This document shows positions 9,051 through 19,222 of a stretch of 64,000 bases of DNA, piece after piece. The stretch covers positions 10,372 to 74,371 of the forward strand of contig JANRLD010000071.1 in the NCBI GenBank assembly GCA_033762915.1. Reading direction: 5' to 3'. The translations under genes were made by a program, and so were the position numbers. Below the pieces are notes generated by a model. The model was not told where the DNA came from, ran no database searches, and saw only the letters and a program-made list of their open reading frames with translations. This DNA is from Meiothermus sp. GTDB taxonomy: Bacteria; Deinococcota; Deinococci; Deinococcales; Thermaceae. Position 1 is the first letter of the stretch, and each line of letters opens with the position of its first letter.

Positions 9051-10109
9051 TTAGGGGCGGACATCGGTGGGCTGGTCGCCGTCCACCAATGCCTTCACCC
9101 ATTGACTCAACCTGCTGCCACCGGCCTGGGTGGTGTAGAAGCTGTCGGTCACGCTTACGCAGTGTCCGCCACCCGGGGCGGTGTAGCTCGAGAAATTGGA
9201 GCGTCCCTGCTTGATGCTGCCGAGGCTGCTCTGTGCCAGATGGGGCCAGTCCCCGGGGTCGCCGCCCATCAGTCCATAAAAGTAGCTCTGCACACCGTCC
9301 TCCTGGGTGGTGTACTGGCTCAGGCGGGCGCTGGGGAACTGCTGGGCGATGGCTCGGTAGAGATCAGGCAGTCGGATTCGGCTCGCGTCTGTGCGGGCTT
9401 CGGCTAGATCGGGTATGAAATCTGGGATGGCCTGCTCGGCCCTCCAACCCCGGAAGCCGGTGCCGGCAAAGCCGCTGGTCACCACCCCCACGCCGGCGTC
9501 GGCCCACAGCCGCACGCGGCTGCGGTTGTAGCGGTTCATCACGTACGCCGACCACAGCGCGGCCCCGTAAGCCCCGGCACTACATCCGGTTACCACGGCC
9601 TGCCTGGGTGCTGGGTAGTGGGTGAACATCCACTCGAGCGCCGCCCGGGCGTTTACCGCCCCCCGGTGGTGGACGACGCGGTTTCCGTACGCCACCACGC
9701 TGTTGCCCCAGTGGATGTCGGCGGTGCAGTAGGGGACGAAGACGTGCGTCCATCCGAAAAAAGGGTTGTCTGTGTTGTTCCGGTCGAAGATGCCTTCGGC
9801 TCGCACCAGCTCGAGGAAGGTGTTTAGCCCCGGCGTGTAGGTGCCCCCGTTGCAGGTGCCGTTGTTCCAGCAGGCCCCGCCGCCTTGGAAGCTAAGCAGC
9901 ACCTTGCCGGGGTCGCCTCTGGAGACAAAAAACCGCCAAGGGGTGCCGTCGGAGCACACCAGATTCTCGGTCTCGACGGTCACAAAGCTGCTGGAGGGCT
10001 GGGGGGTGGGGGCTGGGCTGGGGGGCGCTGGAGCGGCAGGTGAGTTCGGGCCGGAGGCACAGCCCACCACCAGCAATACCAACAGACCCACCCGCAATAC
10101 CCCGTGCAT
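9051..10109 (-). CDS. Lipoprotein pectinacetylesterase/Notum family hydrolase (paralog of 7808-8875)
   Basis: VVGC lipobox and Pro-rich linker; same FQGGGACW, PYCTADIH and GCSAG motifs. Confidence 0.86.
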   Translation of the reverse strand: MHGVLRVGLLVLLVVGCASGPNSPAAPAPPSPAPTPQPSSSFVTVETENLVCSDGTPWRFFVSRGDPGKVLLSFQGGGACWNNGTCNGGTYTPGLNTFLELVRAEGIFDRNNTDNPFFGWTHVFVPYCTADIHWGNSVVAYGNRVVHHRGAVNARAALEWMFTHYPAPRQAVVTGCSAGAYGAALWSAYVMNRYNRSRVRLWADAGVGVVTSGFAGTGFRGWRAEQAIPDFIPDLAEARTDASRIRLPDLYRAIAQQFPSARLSQYTTQEDGVQSYFYGLMGGDPGDWPHLAQSSLGSIKQGRSNFSSYTAPGGGHCVSVTDSFYTTQAGGSRLSQWVKALVDGDQPTDVRP

Positions 10110-10304
10110 GACCGTACAACTATACGCAGCAATCATTAAGACTGCCCTCGAGCTAGCGACCCTGCCCCAAAGGCTGTGGTCGCTGGGCCTCTCGTTGGAC
10201 GGTTACGTGGTGCTCGGCTTTGCCCTCCGGTGGCATCGCAGCCGCATTGGGGCTCCGAAGACCGGGCTTGGACTTACGTGCCCTGCGATTTATCATTGCC
10301 CGGT

Positions 10305-11813
10305 ATGCGTGCGCTGCTTTCGGTTTCGGACAAGACGGACTTAATCGAGTTTGCTAGGAGTCTGGCGGAGATGGGTTTCGAGCTGGTCTCCACCGGGGGA
10401 ACCCACCGGGCGTTGACAGAAGCTGGGCTAAGGGCGGTGTATATATCGGACGTGACGGGCTTTCCGGAGATTCTGGACGGCAGGGTAAAGACCCTTCACC
10501 CCCGGGTACACGCCGGACTACTGGCCAAAAGAACCCCCGAGCACGAGGCCGAGGCGCGGGAGCACCGCATCCGCCGCATTGACGTGCTGGCGGTCAACCT
10601 CTATCCCTTTCGCAGGGTCATGATGTCGGGCGGAAGTTTCGACGAGTGTATCGAGAACATCGACATCGGTGGCCCTGCCATGCTGAGGGCGGCGGCCAAG
10701 AACCACGAACACGTGTTGCCCCTCTGCGATCCCGCCGACTACGATGCGGCCCTCGAGGCCCTGGCCAAGGGCATCACCGCCGACTTCCGCCGCCAGCTGG
10801 CGTTCAAGGCTTTTGCCCACACCGCCGCCTACGACGCCGCCATCTCCGACTTCCTCAGCTTTGAGCCCTTCCCGGCTAGCCGTTCACTTGCCCTCGAGAA
10901 ACTCCCCGCCGTCAGCCTGCGCTACGGCGAGAACCCCCACCAGTCGGCCGCGCTTTACCGATTTCAAGGCCAGACCGGGCCGGTGATCGACGCGCAAGTG
11001 ATCGCTGGAAAGCCCATGGGTTTCAACAACTACGGCGACGCCGACGCGGCCTGGGCGCTGGCAGAGGAGTTCGACCTGCCCGCCTGTGTGGCAGTCAAGC
11101 ACGGCAACCCTTGCGGCGTAGCCCTGGCCGACAGTGCCGAGCAGGCCTGGGAGCGTGCCCGCGACGCCGACACCCTCTCGGTATTTGGCGGAGTGGTGGC
11201 CTTCAACCGGTCCATAGACCTGCTGACGGCTGCATCCACCAAGGGGACGTTTCTCGAGGTACTCATCGCGCCTGAGGTCAGCGAAGAGGCCGCCAATTGG
11301 TTTCGCGCTAAGAAACCCGACCTGCGGGTGCTGGTAGCGGCCCCGCACGACACTGTTCGGGTGGAGTACCGCTCACTGGTGGGCGGCTTCCTGGTCCAAG
11401 ACCGCGACTTGCGTAGGTGGGAAGACCTCGAGCTCAACTATGTCACCGAGCGCATCCCCACCGCCCAAGAGCTGATGGACCTTAAGTTCGCCTGGTATGT
11501 GGGCAAACACACCCGCTCGAACAATGTGGTGTTGGCTAAGGACGGCGTGACCGTGGGAATGGGCACCGGCGCCGTCAGCAGAATCTGGGCCGCCGAGCGG
11601 GCGATCCTCAACGCCGGCGAAAAAGCCAAAGGCGCGGTTCTATCCTCCGAGGCTTTTTTCCCCTTCGACGACGTGGTTCGGGCCGCTGCCGCCGCAGGTG
11701 TGCGGGCCATCGTTCAGCCCGGCGGAGCCAAGCGCGACGAGGAGGTGATCGCTGCCTGCAACGAGCTGGGAGTGGCCATGATCTTCACCGGTTCGCGCCA
11801 CTTCAAGCATTGA
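10305..11813 (+). CDS. purH: Bifunctional AICAR formyltransferase / IMP cyclohydrolase
   Basis: MRALLSVSDK, GRVKTLHP, IDIGGP, LRYGENPHQ, KHGNPCG, C-terminal RHFKH. Confidence 0.97.
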   Translation: MRALLSVSDKTDLIEFARSLAEMGFELVSTGGTHRALTEAGLRAVYISDVTGFPEILDGRVKTLHPRVHAGLLAKRTPEHEAEAREHRIRRIDVLAVNLYPFRRVMMSGGSFDECIENIDIGGPAMLRAAAKNHEHVLPLCDPADYDAALEALAKGITADFRRQLAFKAFAHTAAYDAAISDFLSFEPFPASRSLALEKLPAVSLRYGENPHQSAALYRFQGQTGPVIDAQVIAGKPMGFNNYGDADAAWALAEEFDLPACVAVKHGNPCGVALADSAEQAWERARDADTLSVFGGVVAFNRSIDLLTAASTKGTFLEVLIAPEVSEEAANWFRAKKPDLRVLVAAPHDTVRVEYRSLVGGFLVQDRDLRRWEDLELNYVTERIPTAQELMDLKFAWYVGKHTRSNNVVLAKDGVTVGMGTGAVSRIWAAERAILNAGEKAKGAVLSSEAFFPFDDVVRAAAAAGVRAIVQPGGAKRDEEVIAACNELGVAMIFTGSRHFKH

Positions 11814-11996
11814 AATACGCGAGGCCTAGGTTTTCCCTGCTTGTACTTGGGCACGCTCAACACCCACTCTTCGATGCGCTTCACCAATGTGCGTCCGAGT
11901 TGGGAGTCTCGGGCAGTAGACGCTAGACAACTCTCCGGGCCGGCAGGCCACGCCCGGACTAATTCCGCCTTGAGTTTTTTTTGAAATGCGCAGGCG

Positions 11997-12479
11997 TCAC
12001 TTTCTGGACTCACCTCGAAGCCACTTCTCGAGGCACAGAGCCGGGATCAACATCTCCTGCCAGGTCCAGGCGGTCTGGCCGAACTTGCGGAAGCCTAGAC
12101 CGGCGTAGAGGCGCATAGCGGGAGTGTTGTCGTGCTCGACCAGCAGGGTCAGCCGTTTAAATCCCAGTTCGCGGGCGACGGCCTCGAGGTAGGCCAGGAG
12201 CCCGGTGGCGATTCCCCGGCGGCGGTGTTCCTCGGCAACCTCGAGGGCCTGGACGTAGGCACTTTCCACCCCGTCGGCCATGTTTGGGTAGCAAAAAACG
12301 AGCTGAACCGTACCCACGATCTGCCCGTCGACGGTCGCTACGAAGATCTGGTTCCGCCTGGCCTGCTGCAACCCGATCTCGCGCCGCAAGATCTCGAGCA
12401 TTCGCTCGTCGCCGCCGCTGCGCCATGTCGTGTACTGCTCGTACTGTCGGGCGGCCAAGTTCTGAAAGGAAACTCGCAT
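11997..12479 (-). CDS. GNAT family N-acetyltransferase
   Basis: VAEEHRRRGIATGLL acetyl-CoA motif; NTPAMRLYAGLGF. Confidence 0.85.
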   Translation of the reverse strand: MRVSFQNLAARQYEQYTTWRSGGDERMLEILRREIGLQQARRNQIFVATVDGQIVGTVQLVFCYPNMADGVESAYVQALEVAEEHRRRGIATGLLAYLEAVARELGFKRLTLLVEHDNTPAMRLYAGLGFRKFGQTAWTWQEMLIPALCLEKWLRGESRK

Positions 12480-12663
12480 AGTCCCGGTCTTCTTCTCCTT
12501 CTATGCCCAACCATAGGAGAACCAAGATGAGGAAATAGCGCGTGCGCCTTACACAGATGATGACCACGGCCCGACCCGCCCGCAAGGCCCAAGTGGTGCT
12601 GTGGCATCCGCAGGTCTGGAACCCAAACCGGCGCTCTCTTGTTGTCGATTTGCCTGGTCGCAT

Positions 12664-13620
12664 CTACCGCGTCACCTCGGACTGGCCTGCCTCGAGTGCT
12701 TCAAGCTCAGCCCGTGTCGGAAGGCCCTCCCAGTCGCCGTTGAACTGCGTTGCCAGCGCGCCTAGTAGGCAGCCGCGCCTGAGGGCTCGCTGTAAGTCGC
12801 TCGCATCTTCAAGCCAGCCCGACAAGAAGCCTGCAGCGAAGGCGTCCCCCGCCCCGATGGGGTCGACCACCCGCCCGACCCGGTATGCGCCCGACTCAAG
12901 GGAGACGCCAGGTGCGAACAGCCTGGCGCCCTCCTCGCCCAGCTTGAGCACCACGAGTTTGGGCCCCATTTCCAGGAGTTTGTGGCCATGGTCTTCGGGT
13001 GTCCCGTGCCCCAGCAGGAACTCGGCCTCCTCCAGCCCCGGAAGCACGATGTCGGCATGGGGGATCAGCTCGAGCAACGTGGCCCGGGCCTCGGCTTCAC
13101 TCCAGAGCTTGCGGCGCAGATTGGGATCGAAGGAGACGGTCTTGCCCAGTGTTCGCGCCAGCTTCATGGCCTCGAGCACTGCGGCTTTGGCGTGGACCCC
13201 CAGCGCAGGGGTGATGCCGGTGATGTGCAGGTGACGGCTGTCCTCCAACCATTCTCGCCTGACGTCAGCTGGGGAGAGTTGGCTGGCCGCAGAGCCCTTC
13301 CGGTAATAGTGGGCGACGGGTTCGCCGGCTCGGTACTCGCGGAAGTATAGGCCGGTGGGGGCGTCCTTGTCCCGCGCAACGAACGAAACGTCCACGCCTT
13401 CCCCGCGCAGGGTTCGCTCAACTAGATCGCCAAAGGGGTCTTGGCCCAGGCGACTAACCCAGCGGGCCTTTTTGCCCAGGCGACTCAGTGCAATTGCCAG
13501 ATTCGACTCGGCCCCTCCTACCGAGCGTACGAAGTTGGCCGCATAGGCCAGCGGAAGGGGCTGAGCGGGCTGAAGCAACACCATGGTCTCGCCGAGGGTC
13601 ACCACGTCGATTTTGCTCAC
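12664..13620 (-). CDS. PfkB family sugar kinase (2-keto-3-deoxygluconate kinase-like)
   Basis: GGAESNLAIALSRLG, SFDPNLR and DPIGAGDAFAAG motifs. Confidence 0.9.
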   Translation of the reverse strand: MSKIDVVTLGETMVLLQPAQPLPLAYAANFVRSVGGAESNLAIALSRLGKKARWVSRLGQDPFGDLVERTLRGEGVDVSFVARDKDAPTGLYFREYRAGEPVAHYYRKGSAASQLSPADVRREWLEDSRHLHITGITPALGVHAKAAVLEAMKLARTLGKTVSFDPNLRRKLWSEAEARATLLELIPHADIVLPGLEEAEFLLGHGTPEDHGHKLLEMGPKLVVLKLGEEGARLFAPGVSLESGAYRVGRVVDPIGAGDAFAAGFLSGWLEDASDLQRALRRGCLLGALATQFNGDWEGLPTRAELEALEAGQSEVTR

Positions 13621-13954
13621 TCCAACATCCTATTCGCATTCGCAGACTGCGGTAGATGGGCCGAAGCGAGATGGCAGTAGGCCGTTGCAGCACGCCAGGC
13701 GGGCCACTCCCACCCAACAAGTCTTGGTGAAGCGCATCCCCCCGCCTGATTCAAGGGTGTCGCCGAAAGCTTAATGGTAAAGATGGAGCCGCCTGCAGCA
13801 ATGATGGCTAGTTTCGTATTAACGTATTGAGGATGCCCCCTGCCGCATTAGGAACCCGTTACGAAGAGTGAGCGGTAAGAGTCTGTGACAAGCTAAGCGC
13901 GGACTAGCGGGTTCTTGAGGTGCTTGCTGCCAAAATCCGGTGGTATTGCTTGGC

Positions 13955-14773
13955 TCACTGCTGCGCCGATCTTCCGTCCCTGAGCCCGCGGCGATACTGC
14001 CGGGGTGTTTGCCCGGTGGCCGCCTCAAAGGCGGCGTAGAAGCGGCTCGAGCTCCCAAACCCGGCCTCAAAGGCGATCTCCAACACGGGCCGCTCGGTGG
14101 TTGCCAGGAGACGCTGCGCATGGGCCAACCGGTGCTGAGTAAGGTACTCCAGCACGGTCATGCCAAACGTCTGCCGGAATAGGGTGGAGGCGTAGTTGGG
14201 TTTCAGCCCTACGGTGTCGGCCACGCTCGAGACGGTCAGCGGCTCGGGGTAGTGGCTCACGATGAACTGGGCCATCTGAACGGCTTTGTCGGCGCGTTGC
14301 CCGCCCTTTCGGCGCACAGTGGGCTGGGCGCGGCGCTCGAGGGCCAGCCGGCGAAGCCGGGCCTCGAGCTCTAGCCTTACGACCTGCCGGTACGCCTCGC
14401 CTTGGCCCCAGTCCTCGAGCCAGCCCCCGAAGCGTTCAATGTCGGCGGGGTTCTGTGCATAGACCAGTTCGCCGTGCAGCACAGGCCGTGTCAGGCTCTC
14501 GGGCAAGTCGAGTCGTAGGAAGTCGGCGAGCGGCAGGGTTAACCAGAGGAACTGAGTACCTGGATCCGCCTGAATCAGCCGGTGGGGCATGGCCCCCCAG
14601 AACACTACCCACCCACCCGCCCCCAGCGCCACGGTTTGGCCGCCAAAAAGGTACTGTACCCCCCCGGTAAGGACCAGGTTGACCTCGACCTCGCTGTGTT
14701 GGTGGGGGGTGTGCATGGCCTCCACCTGACCCCGCCAAATCTGCCATCCGAACTGGTGCTGCAATACCTCCAT
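13955..14773 (-). CDS. AraC family transcriptional regulator (MelR-like, cupin plus double HTH)
   Basis: HQHSEVE cupin N-terminus; IAFEAGFGSSSRFYAAF...TPRQYR AraC signature. Confidence 0.92.
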   Translation of the reverse strand: MEVLQHQFGWQIWRGQVEAMHTPHQHSEVEVNLVLTGGVQYLFGGQTVALGAGGWVVFWGAMPHRLIQADPGTQFLWLTLPLADFLRLDLPESLTRPVLHGELVYAQNPADIERFGGWLEDWGQGEAYRQVVRLELEARLRRLALERRAQPTVRRKGGQRADKAVQMAQFIVSHYPEPLTVSSVADTVGLKPNYASTLFRQTFGMTVLEYLTQHRLAHAQRLLATTERPVLEIAFEAGFGSSSRFYAAFEAATGQTPRQYRRGLRDGRSAQQ

Positions 14774-14871
14774 ACCTGAGAATACAGGAATTATCCTCTG
14801 AAAAAAGAGAGGATTTCCGAAAACCTCGAGGCTACACTGACTATAGTCAACACCAAGGGAGAACCAGGTCT

Positions 14872-15942
14872 ATGTCCAAGCCCGCCATGATTAACACCGC
14901 CGTAACCGACCCTAGCCAAGTCCGGATTTCAGACTCCCCCCCGCGTCCCGCACCTATTCCGCCCAGGAGCCCCCACCACCTTACCGAAGAGCAGGTACGT
15001 TTCTTCGACGAGAACGGCTATCTGGTGCTCAAGCAGTGGATCACCGGAGAGATGCTTCAACGTCTTCAGGCCGCCGGACAGCGCTGGATTGAGCATGGCG
15101 AAGACCTCCGCGCCCGCCAGCTGGCCCGGGAGTTGGATGAGGAAGAACTGGAGCAGGTGGACGACCTGGCCTTTGCCAAGCGCGATGGCGGCGAGGTCTT
15201 TTTCCGGGTCAATTACGTCCACAACAAAGGCGAGGTGGCCTCGCTGGAGCTGCTGGGCAGCCCGCAGGTGCTGGGCGTGGCGGAGAGCCTGTGTGGCCCT
15301 AATTTCGTCCCCACCTACGAGAGCATGGTCTTTAAGAAGGCTGGTGACGGGGAGAAGATCCCCTGGCATCAGGACGCGGTCCACGCCCGCCGCCACCGGG
15401 TTTTCAACTTCGACCTCTATCTCGATGAGTCCAAGATCGGTGGGGGAGCCTTGCGGGTGGTGCCGAAGTCACAGAAGGTGATTCACGACGCCTGCGCGGT
15501 CTCTGAGCGCTATGGGTGGGACTTGCCGGGGGTCATACATGTCGAGCTCGAGCCCGGTGATGTACTGCTGCACGACGTGATGGTCCTGCACGGCTCCGAG
15601 CGTACCCTCGGGAAAAGCCTGCGCCGGACGATTTACTACGAGTTCCGCTCTGCTGAGATGATCCTGGAGGAGGGCCCCTGGGACGAGAGCTGGATCGACC
15701 AGCGTATGCGACTGGTTCCCGTGGCCCAGCGGCGCTTCGCAGAACGGTTCCCCCAATCCGCGCCCTTCCAGTGGAACGTCGAACCCCGGTTCCGCCCGGT
15801 TCCCGTGGGCGACGACGCAGTAGAGCTGAAGGTGGCCCACGTCTGGCACTCGGTGGGGGCCTACTGCTCTGCCAGCAGCGCGCCTCGAGAGGTAGTCGAA
15901 CGGGCAATGGCCCGACTCGAGGCGGGTAATCCGCAGATATAA
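14872..15942 (+). CDS. Phytanoyl-CoA dioxygenase (PhyH) family Fe(II)/2-oxoglutarate oxygenase
   Basis: FFDENGYLV, PWHQD (HxD), GALRVVPKS and LHGS motifs; divergent from the AraC gene. Confidence 0.88.
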   Translation: MSKPAMINTAVTDPSQVRISDSPPRPAPIPPRSPHHLTEEQVRFFDENGYLVLKQWITGEMLQRLQAAGQRWIEHGEDLRARQLARELDEEELEQVDDLAFAKRDGGEVFFRVNYVHNKGEVASLELLGSPQVLGVAESLCGPNFVPTYESMVFKKAGDGEKIPWHQDAVHARRHRVFNFDLYLDESKIGGGALRVVPKSQKVIHDACAVSERYGWDLPGVIHVELEPGDVLLHDVMVLHGSERTLGKSLRRTIYYEFRSAEMILEEGPWDESWIDQRMRLVPVAQRRFAERFPQSAPFQWNVEPRFRPVPVGDDAVELKVAHVWHSVGAYCSASSAPREVVERAMARLEAGNPQI

Positions 15943-15980
15943 CCTATCAGACGCCGATCCCGAAGGACGGGCCGAGTGAG

Positions 15981-16069
15981 AGCGGTTCCCACGCTTACTC
16001 CCTACAGCGGTTTTTGCTGTAGGGAGTACATTGCCTGCCGCCGCGAGGGAGGTAAGGGTGGGAAACGCG
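15981..16069. repeat. Palindromic REP/MITE-like intergenic repeat, inverted copy
   Basis: TACTCCCTACAGC-GGTTTTT-GCTGTAGGGAGTA core; AGCGGTTCCCAC...GTGGGAAACGCG ends. Confidence 0.85.
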
Positions 16070-16173
16070 GTGAGTAGATAGGACCTGCCTCGGTTATCTC
16101 TCGAGCGAAACTCTATGAGCCTCATTGGTTGCGCAGGCGAATGAATGTGTTTCGCTTGCGCAAACCGTTGTCC

Positions 16174-18567
16174 TCAGCGTCGCTCAACCAGGGCCTTTAG
16201 GGCAGTTAGGGTTTCGTCGGCCTCAAACTGCGACTGGGTTGTGGAGTTTAGCTCGAGATTTACGTTGATGTTGACGGCGGGAGGGCGCACCAGGGCCAGC
16301 TGGCGGTTAACCCGGTGAACCCCAAAGTAGTCTCCCGCGTCCACCTTGTCATTACCGTTCACGTCCTTCCAGCCGGCAACTGCGTACTGCCCGGCGTTCA
16401 GGGCGGTGAGGGTGTAGTTGGCGGTTCGAGTGTCGGCGGAAAGGGTTACCCCCTTGGAACGGTTGATGTCGTACTGGGTACCGGTCCAGAACAGCGCAGC
16501 CAGGAAGGTGTCTTTCACGGTCGGGGTGATGGCGGTGCCCACGGTTAGGGTCAGGGACGTATTGACGGTCTGGCCTGAGGCTGTGCCTTGGACGGTTAGG
16601 GGGTACTGGCCCGGGGCCACATTGCCTGCTACGGTTACCGCCAGGGTAGAGGTGGCGCCGCTCGAGGGGTTTGGGGTGAATGTCCCAGTCACGCCAGAGG
16701 GTGCGCCTTGGAGGCTGAGGTTTACCGCCCCCGTAAAGCCCCCAACCCGCTCGATGCCCACAACGGTCTGGGAGTTGCCGCCGGGCGCGATGGTCAGGCT
16801 GCTGGGGGTTGTGGAGAGGGCGAAAGAGGCCACTGGCGAGCCGCCCACCGCCTGAATTGCCGCGAACGCGTCCACCAGTCCGGCCCCGCAGTCGTTGGCA
16901 CCCACTACCGGCGGGGGGTTGATGTCGGCCCGAGACTCGCCCTGACATTGGGTGGGGGAGAGGGCTCGAGCGGTGCGACGCAGGATGTCCAGGGCCTCGA
17001 CGCGGCTTAGGTTCGGTCTGGAACTCTTCATCAGGGCGATCAGACCCGAGACATGTGGTGCCGCCATCGAGGTGCCGTTGTAAAAGACGTAATTGAACTG
17101 GTTCTGGGGGTCGGACTTGAGGGGGCTGAGCACGCCGCCGCCGGAAGGGATACCATTGCGGCTGACCGCGACATTGCCGCCCGGGGCCATCAGGTCGATG
17201 CGGGCGCCGAAATTGGAATACGGCGCGCGCCCGCCCGAAGGCCCGGTGGCCCCCACTGTGATCACCCCGCTGCAGCTGGCTGGCACAAAGTTTGCCACGT
17301 TTTGGTGCTCGTTGCCCGCCGCCGCTACGATGATCCTGCCTGCCGCATTAATGCGGTTGATTACATCCTGGTAAAGCGGTACGCGAGCACAGGGAACGCT
17401 GCCGCCCAGGCTCATGTTGATAACCGCGGCCGGGTTGGGGTTGTTGGGCACGCCCTCCACGGTCAGGCCTGCCGCCCACAACATCCCGTCGGTGATGTCG
17501 ATCAGGTCACCGCCCTGGATGCCCAGCACCCGCACCGGCAGCAGCCGGGCCCCCCAGCTGACCCCGGCCACGCCCAGGCTGTTGTCCGAGTTGGCCAAGA
17601 TGGTGCCGGCGACGTGGGTCCCGTGGTAGCTGCTCTGGGTAGGTTCGATCAGATCGCCCGCGTCCTCGGGGTTGGCGTCGCGCCCATCGCCGTCGTTGGC
17701 GTTGCGGGGGTCAGAGATCATGTCAAAACCGGGAAGAATGCGGCCCCGGTCGAAGTCGGGGTGCTGCAGGAGTTGCCCGGTGTCGATCACCGCTACCGTA
17801 ACCGGATTGGTCTGGCCACGCTCTATGTCCCAGGTCTGCGGCAGGTTGATGGCGGGGTAGTGCCACTGCTGGCTGTAGAGGGGGTCGTTGGGGGTTCTAG
17901 CGACCCGGAGTCGGTAGTTGGCCTGGGCATACTCCACATCGGGCCGGGCCGAGAGTTCGGCAACGGCGTCCAGGGTGCCTGCAGCGTCGAGGGGGGCCTC
18001 GTAGAGGGCGGTGTTCTCTATGGAAAGCCCCCTCACCCGCTGCAAACTCACCCCGCCCACTTGCAGAGCCTCCACCCGCTGTAGGTTGACACCGCCCCGG
18101 AACTTGACGATCACCTGACCCGCTATGAGGCCGTTGTCGACCGCACCACCGCTGGTGGCGATGCTGACGGTTCCGGCTAAGTCGCCTCCGCTTGGACCAC
18201 CACCACCGCTTGCCTGTACGCTGAGCCTAAAGGTGGTGGTGTTGGTGGCCGAGCCGCTGGTGCCGCGCACAGTGACGTCGTAGGTGCCGCTGGCCACACC
18301 CCCGCCCACCACCACCGTGAGCACGCTGCCACTGGCTGAGGCACTTACGCTGGGCGGGTTGAAGGTGCCGGAGATGCCGGGGGGCCCCTCGAGCGAGAGG
18401 GCAACCTGGTTGGTGGCACCGGCTGCGAACGTCACCAGCACATTGGTAGTGGTGAAACTGCCTGCGGTTGTGGTGGCCCCGGCAGCCGAAAGGCTGAAGT
18501 TGGGATTCCCGCCTCCGCCGCAGGCGGTCAGGAATAGCACGATGAATGGCACTGCCCACTTGAACAT
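16174..18567 (-). CDS. Lipoprotein S8 (subtilisin-like) serine protease with Ig-like repeats
   Basis: LTAC lipobox; triad motifs VAVIDTG, HGTHVAG and GTSMAAPHV; two similar beta-rich repeats flank the catalytic domain. Confidence 0.92.
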   Translation of the reverse strand: MFKWAVPFIVLFLTACGGGGNPNFSLSAAGATTTAGSFTTTNVLVTFAAGATNQVALSLEGPPGISGTFNPPSVSASASGSVLTVVVGGGVASGTYDVTVRGTSGSATNTTTFRLSVQASGGGGPSGGDLAGTVSIATSGGAVDNGLIAGQVIVKFRGGVNLQRVEALQVGGVSLQRVRGLSIENTALYEAPLDAAGTLDAVAELSARPDVEYAQANYRLRVARTPNDPLYSQQWHYPAINLPQTWDIERGQTNPVTVAVIDTGQLLQHPDFDRGRILPGFDMISDPRNANDGDGRDANPEDAGDLIEPTQSSYHGTHVAGTILANSDNSLGVAGVSWGARLLPVRVLGIQGGDLIDITDGMLWAAGLTVEGVPNNPNPAAVINMSLGGSVPCARVPLYQDVINRINAAGRIIVAAAGNEHQNVANFVPASCSGVITVGATGPSGGRAPYSNFGARIDLMAPGGNVAVSRNGIPSGGGVLSPLKSDPQNQFNYVFYNGTSMAAPHVSGLIALMKSSRPNLSRVEALDILRRTARALSPTQCQGESRADINPPPVVGANDCGAGLVDAFAAIQAVGGSPVASFALSTTPSSLTIAPGGNSQTVVGIERVGGFTGAVNLSLQGAPSGVTGTFTPNPSSGATSTLAVTVAGNVAPGQYPLTVQGTASGQTVNTSLTLTVGTAITPTVKDTFLAALFWTGTQYDINRSKGVTLSADTRTANYTLTALNAGQYAVAGWKDVNGNDKVDAGDYFGVHRVNRQLALVRPPAVNINVNLELNSTTQSQFEADETLTALKALVERR

Positions 18568-18699
18568 AGACCACTCCCTGTCCTAAAAGGGTCGGCCCAA
18601 CCGGGCCAGGCCCGCCTCGTTCCGACCCCAGCATTGCGCGCAAGACGGTGGCTTACCGCACGCGACTTCCTTACATCAGCGGTGCCCAACCCACGGCCC

Positions 18700-19125
18700 T
18701 TATTGTTGGTTGTAGGTCGAGAGCACCGTGAACTGAGTGGCAGAGTTTGGCCGGGTCACGTTAAAGGTGAAGCGATAGGACCCGCTGATCTTGATGTAGC
18801 AGGTTCCCACCGGCTGCAGCGCCAAACGCTCGCTGGGGATGGTAAGGCCGCCGCCGAGGTTGACGTCGAAGTTACCGAAGGAGTTGCCGATGGCGTGGGT
18901 GATGTTAACGCTTAGCAACTGCATGTTCTCGCTTGGCGCAGCCAAAAACTGCAGACACGGCCGGATCTGCCCGCCAAAGTTTCCGGTGGTCTCGAGGGCA
19001 AAGATAGAGATGGTGGGGGCTACGGGCTGAGGGGAGGGTGCGGGGGTACTGCTCCCGCAAGCGCTGAGGGCGGCGATGCCGAGGGCGGCTAGGGTGAGCT
19101 GGATGACTTTGAAAAAACGGTTCAT
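18700..19125 (-). CDS. Hypothetical lipoprotein (beta-rich, two Cys in the mature domain)
   Basis: AAGGAG SD, LSAC lipobox, Pro-rich linker. Confidence 0.75.
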   Translation of the reverse strand: MNRFFKVIQLTLAALGIAALSACGSSTPAPSPQPVAPTISIFALETTGNFGGQIRPCLQFLAAPSENMQLLSVNITHAIGNSFGNFDVNLGGGLTIPSERLALQPVGTCYIKISGSYRFTFNVTRPNSATQFTVLSTYNQQ

Positions 19126-19222
19126 GGGGTTCTCCTTGGGGTGCGAGGGCTGGACGGCTCGAGGGTCGGATGGGGGGCTTTCAGGTATCGTCTTGGCTGG
19201 ACTATGGGCTGTTGAGGTACCT

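Noticed and set aside
10140..10304. ZTP (pfl) riboswitch upstream of purH
   Set aside because: No recognisable conserved motif, and the -10 box 8 nt before the ATG suggests a leaderless transcript
15981..16069. Palindromic repeats as a CRISPR array
   Set aside because: Copies are isolated and kilobases apart, with no repeat-spacer periodicity and no cas genes
17053..18084. Long antisense ORFs (also 7733-8554, 34552-35526, 43338-44183)
   Set aside because: Shadow frames of well-supported GC-rich genes, with no motifs
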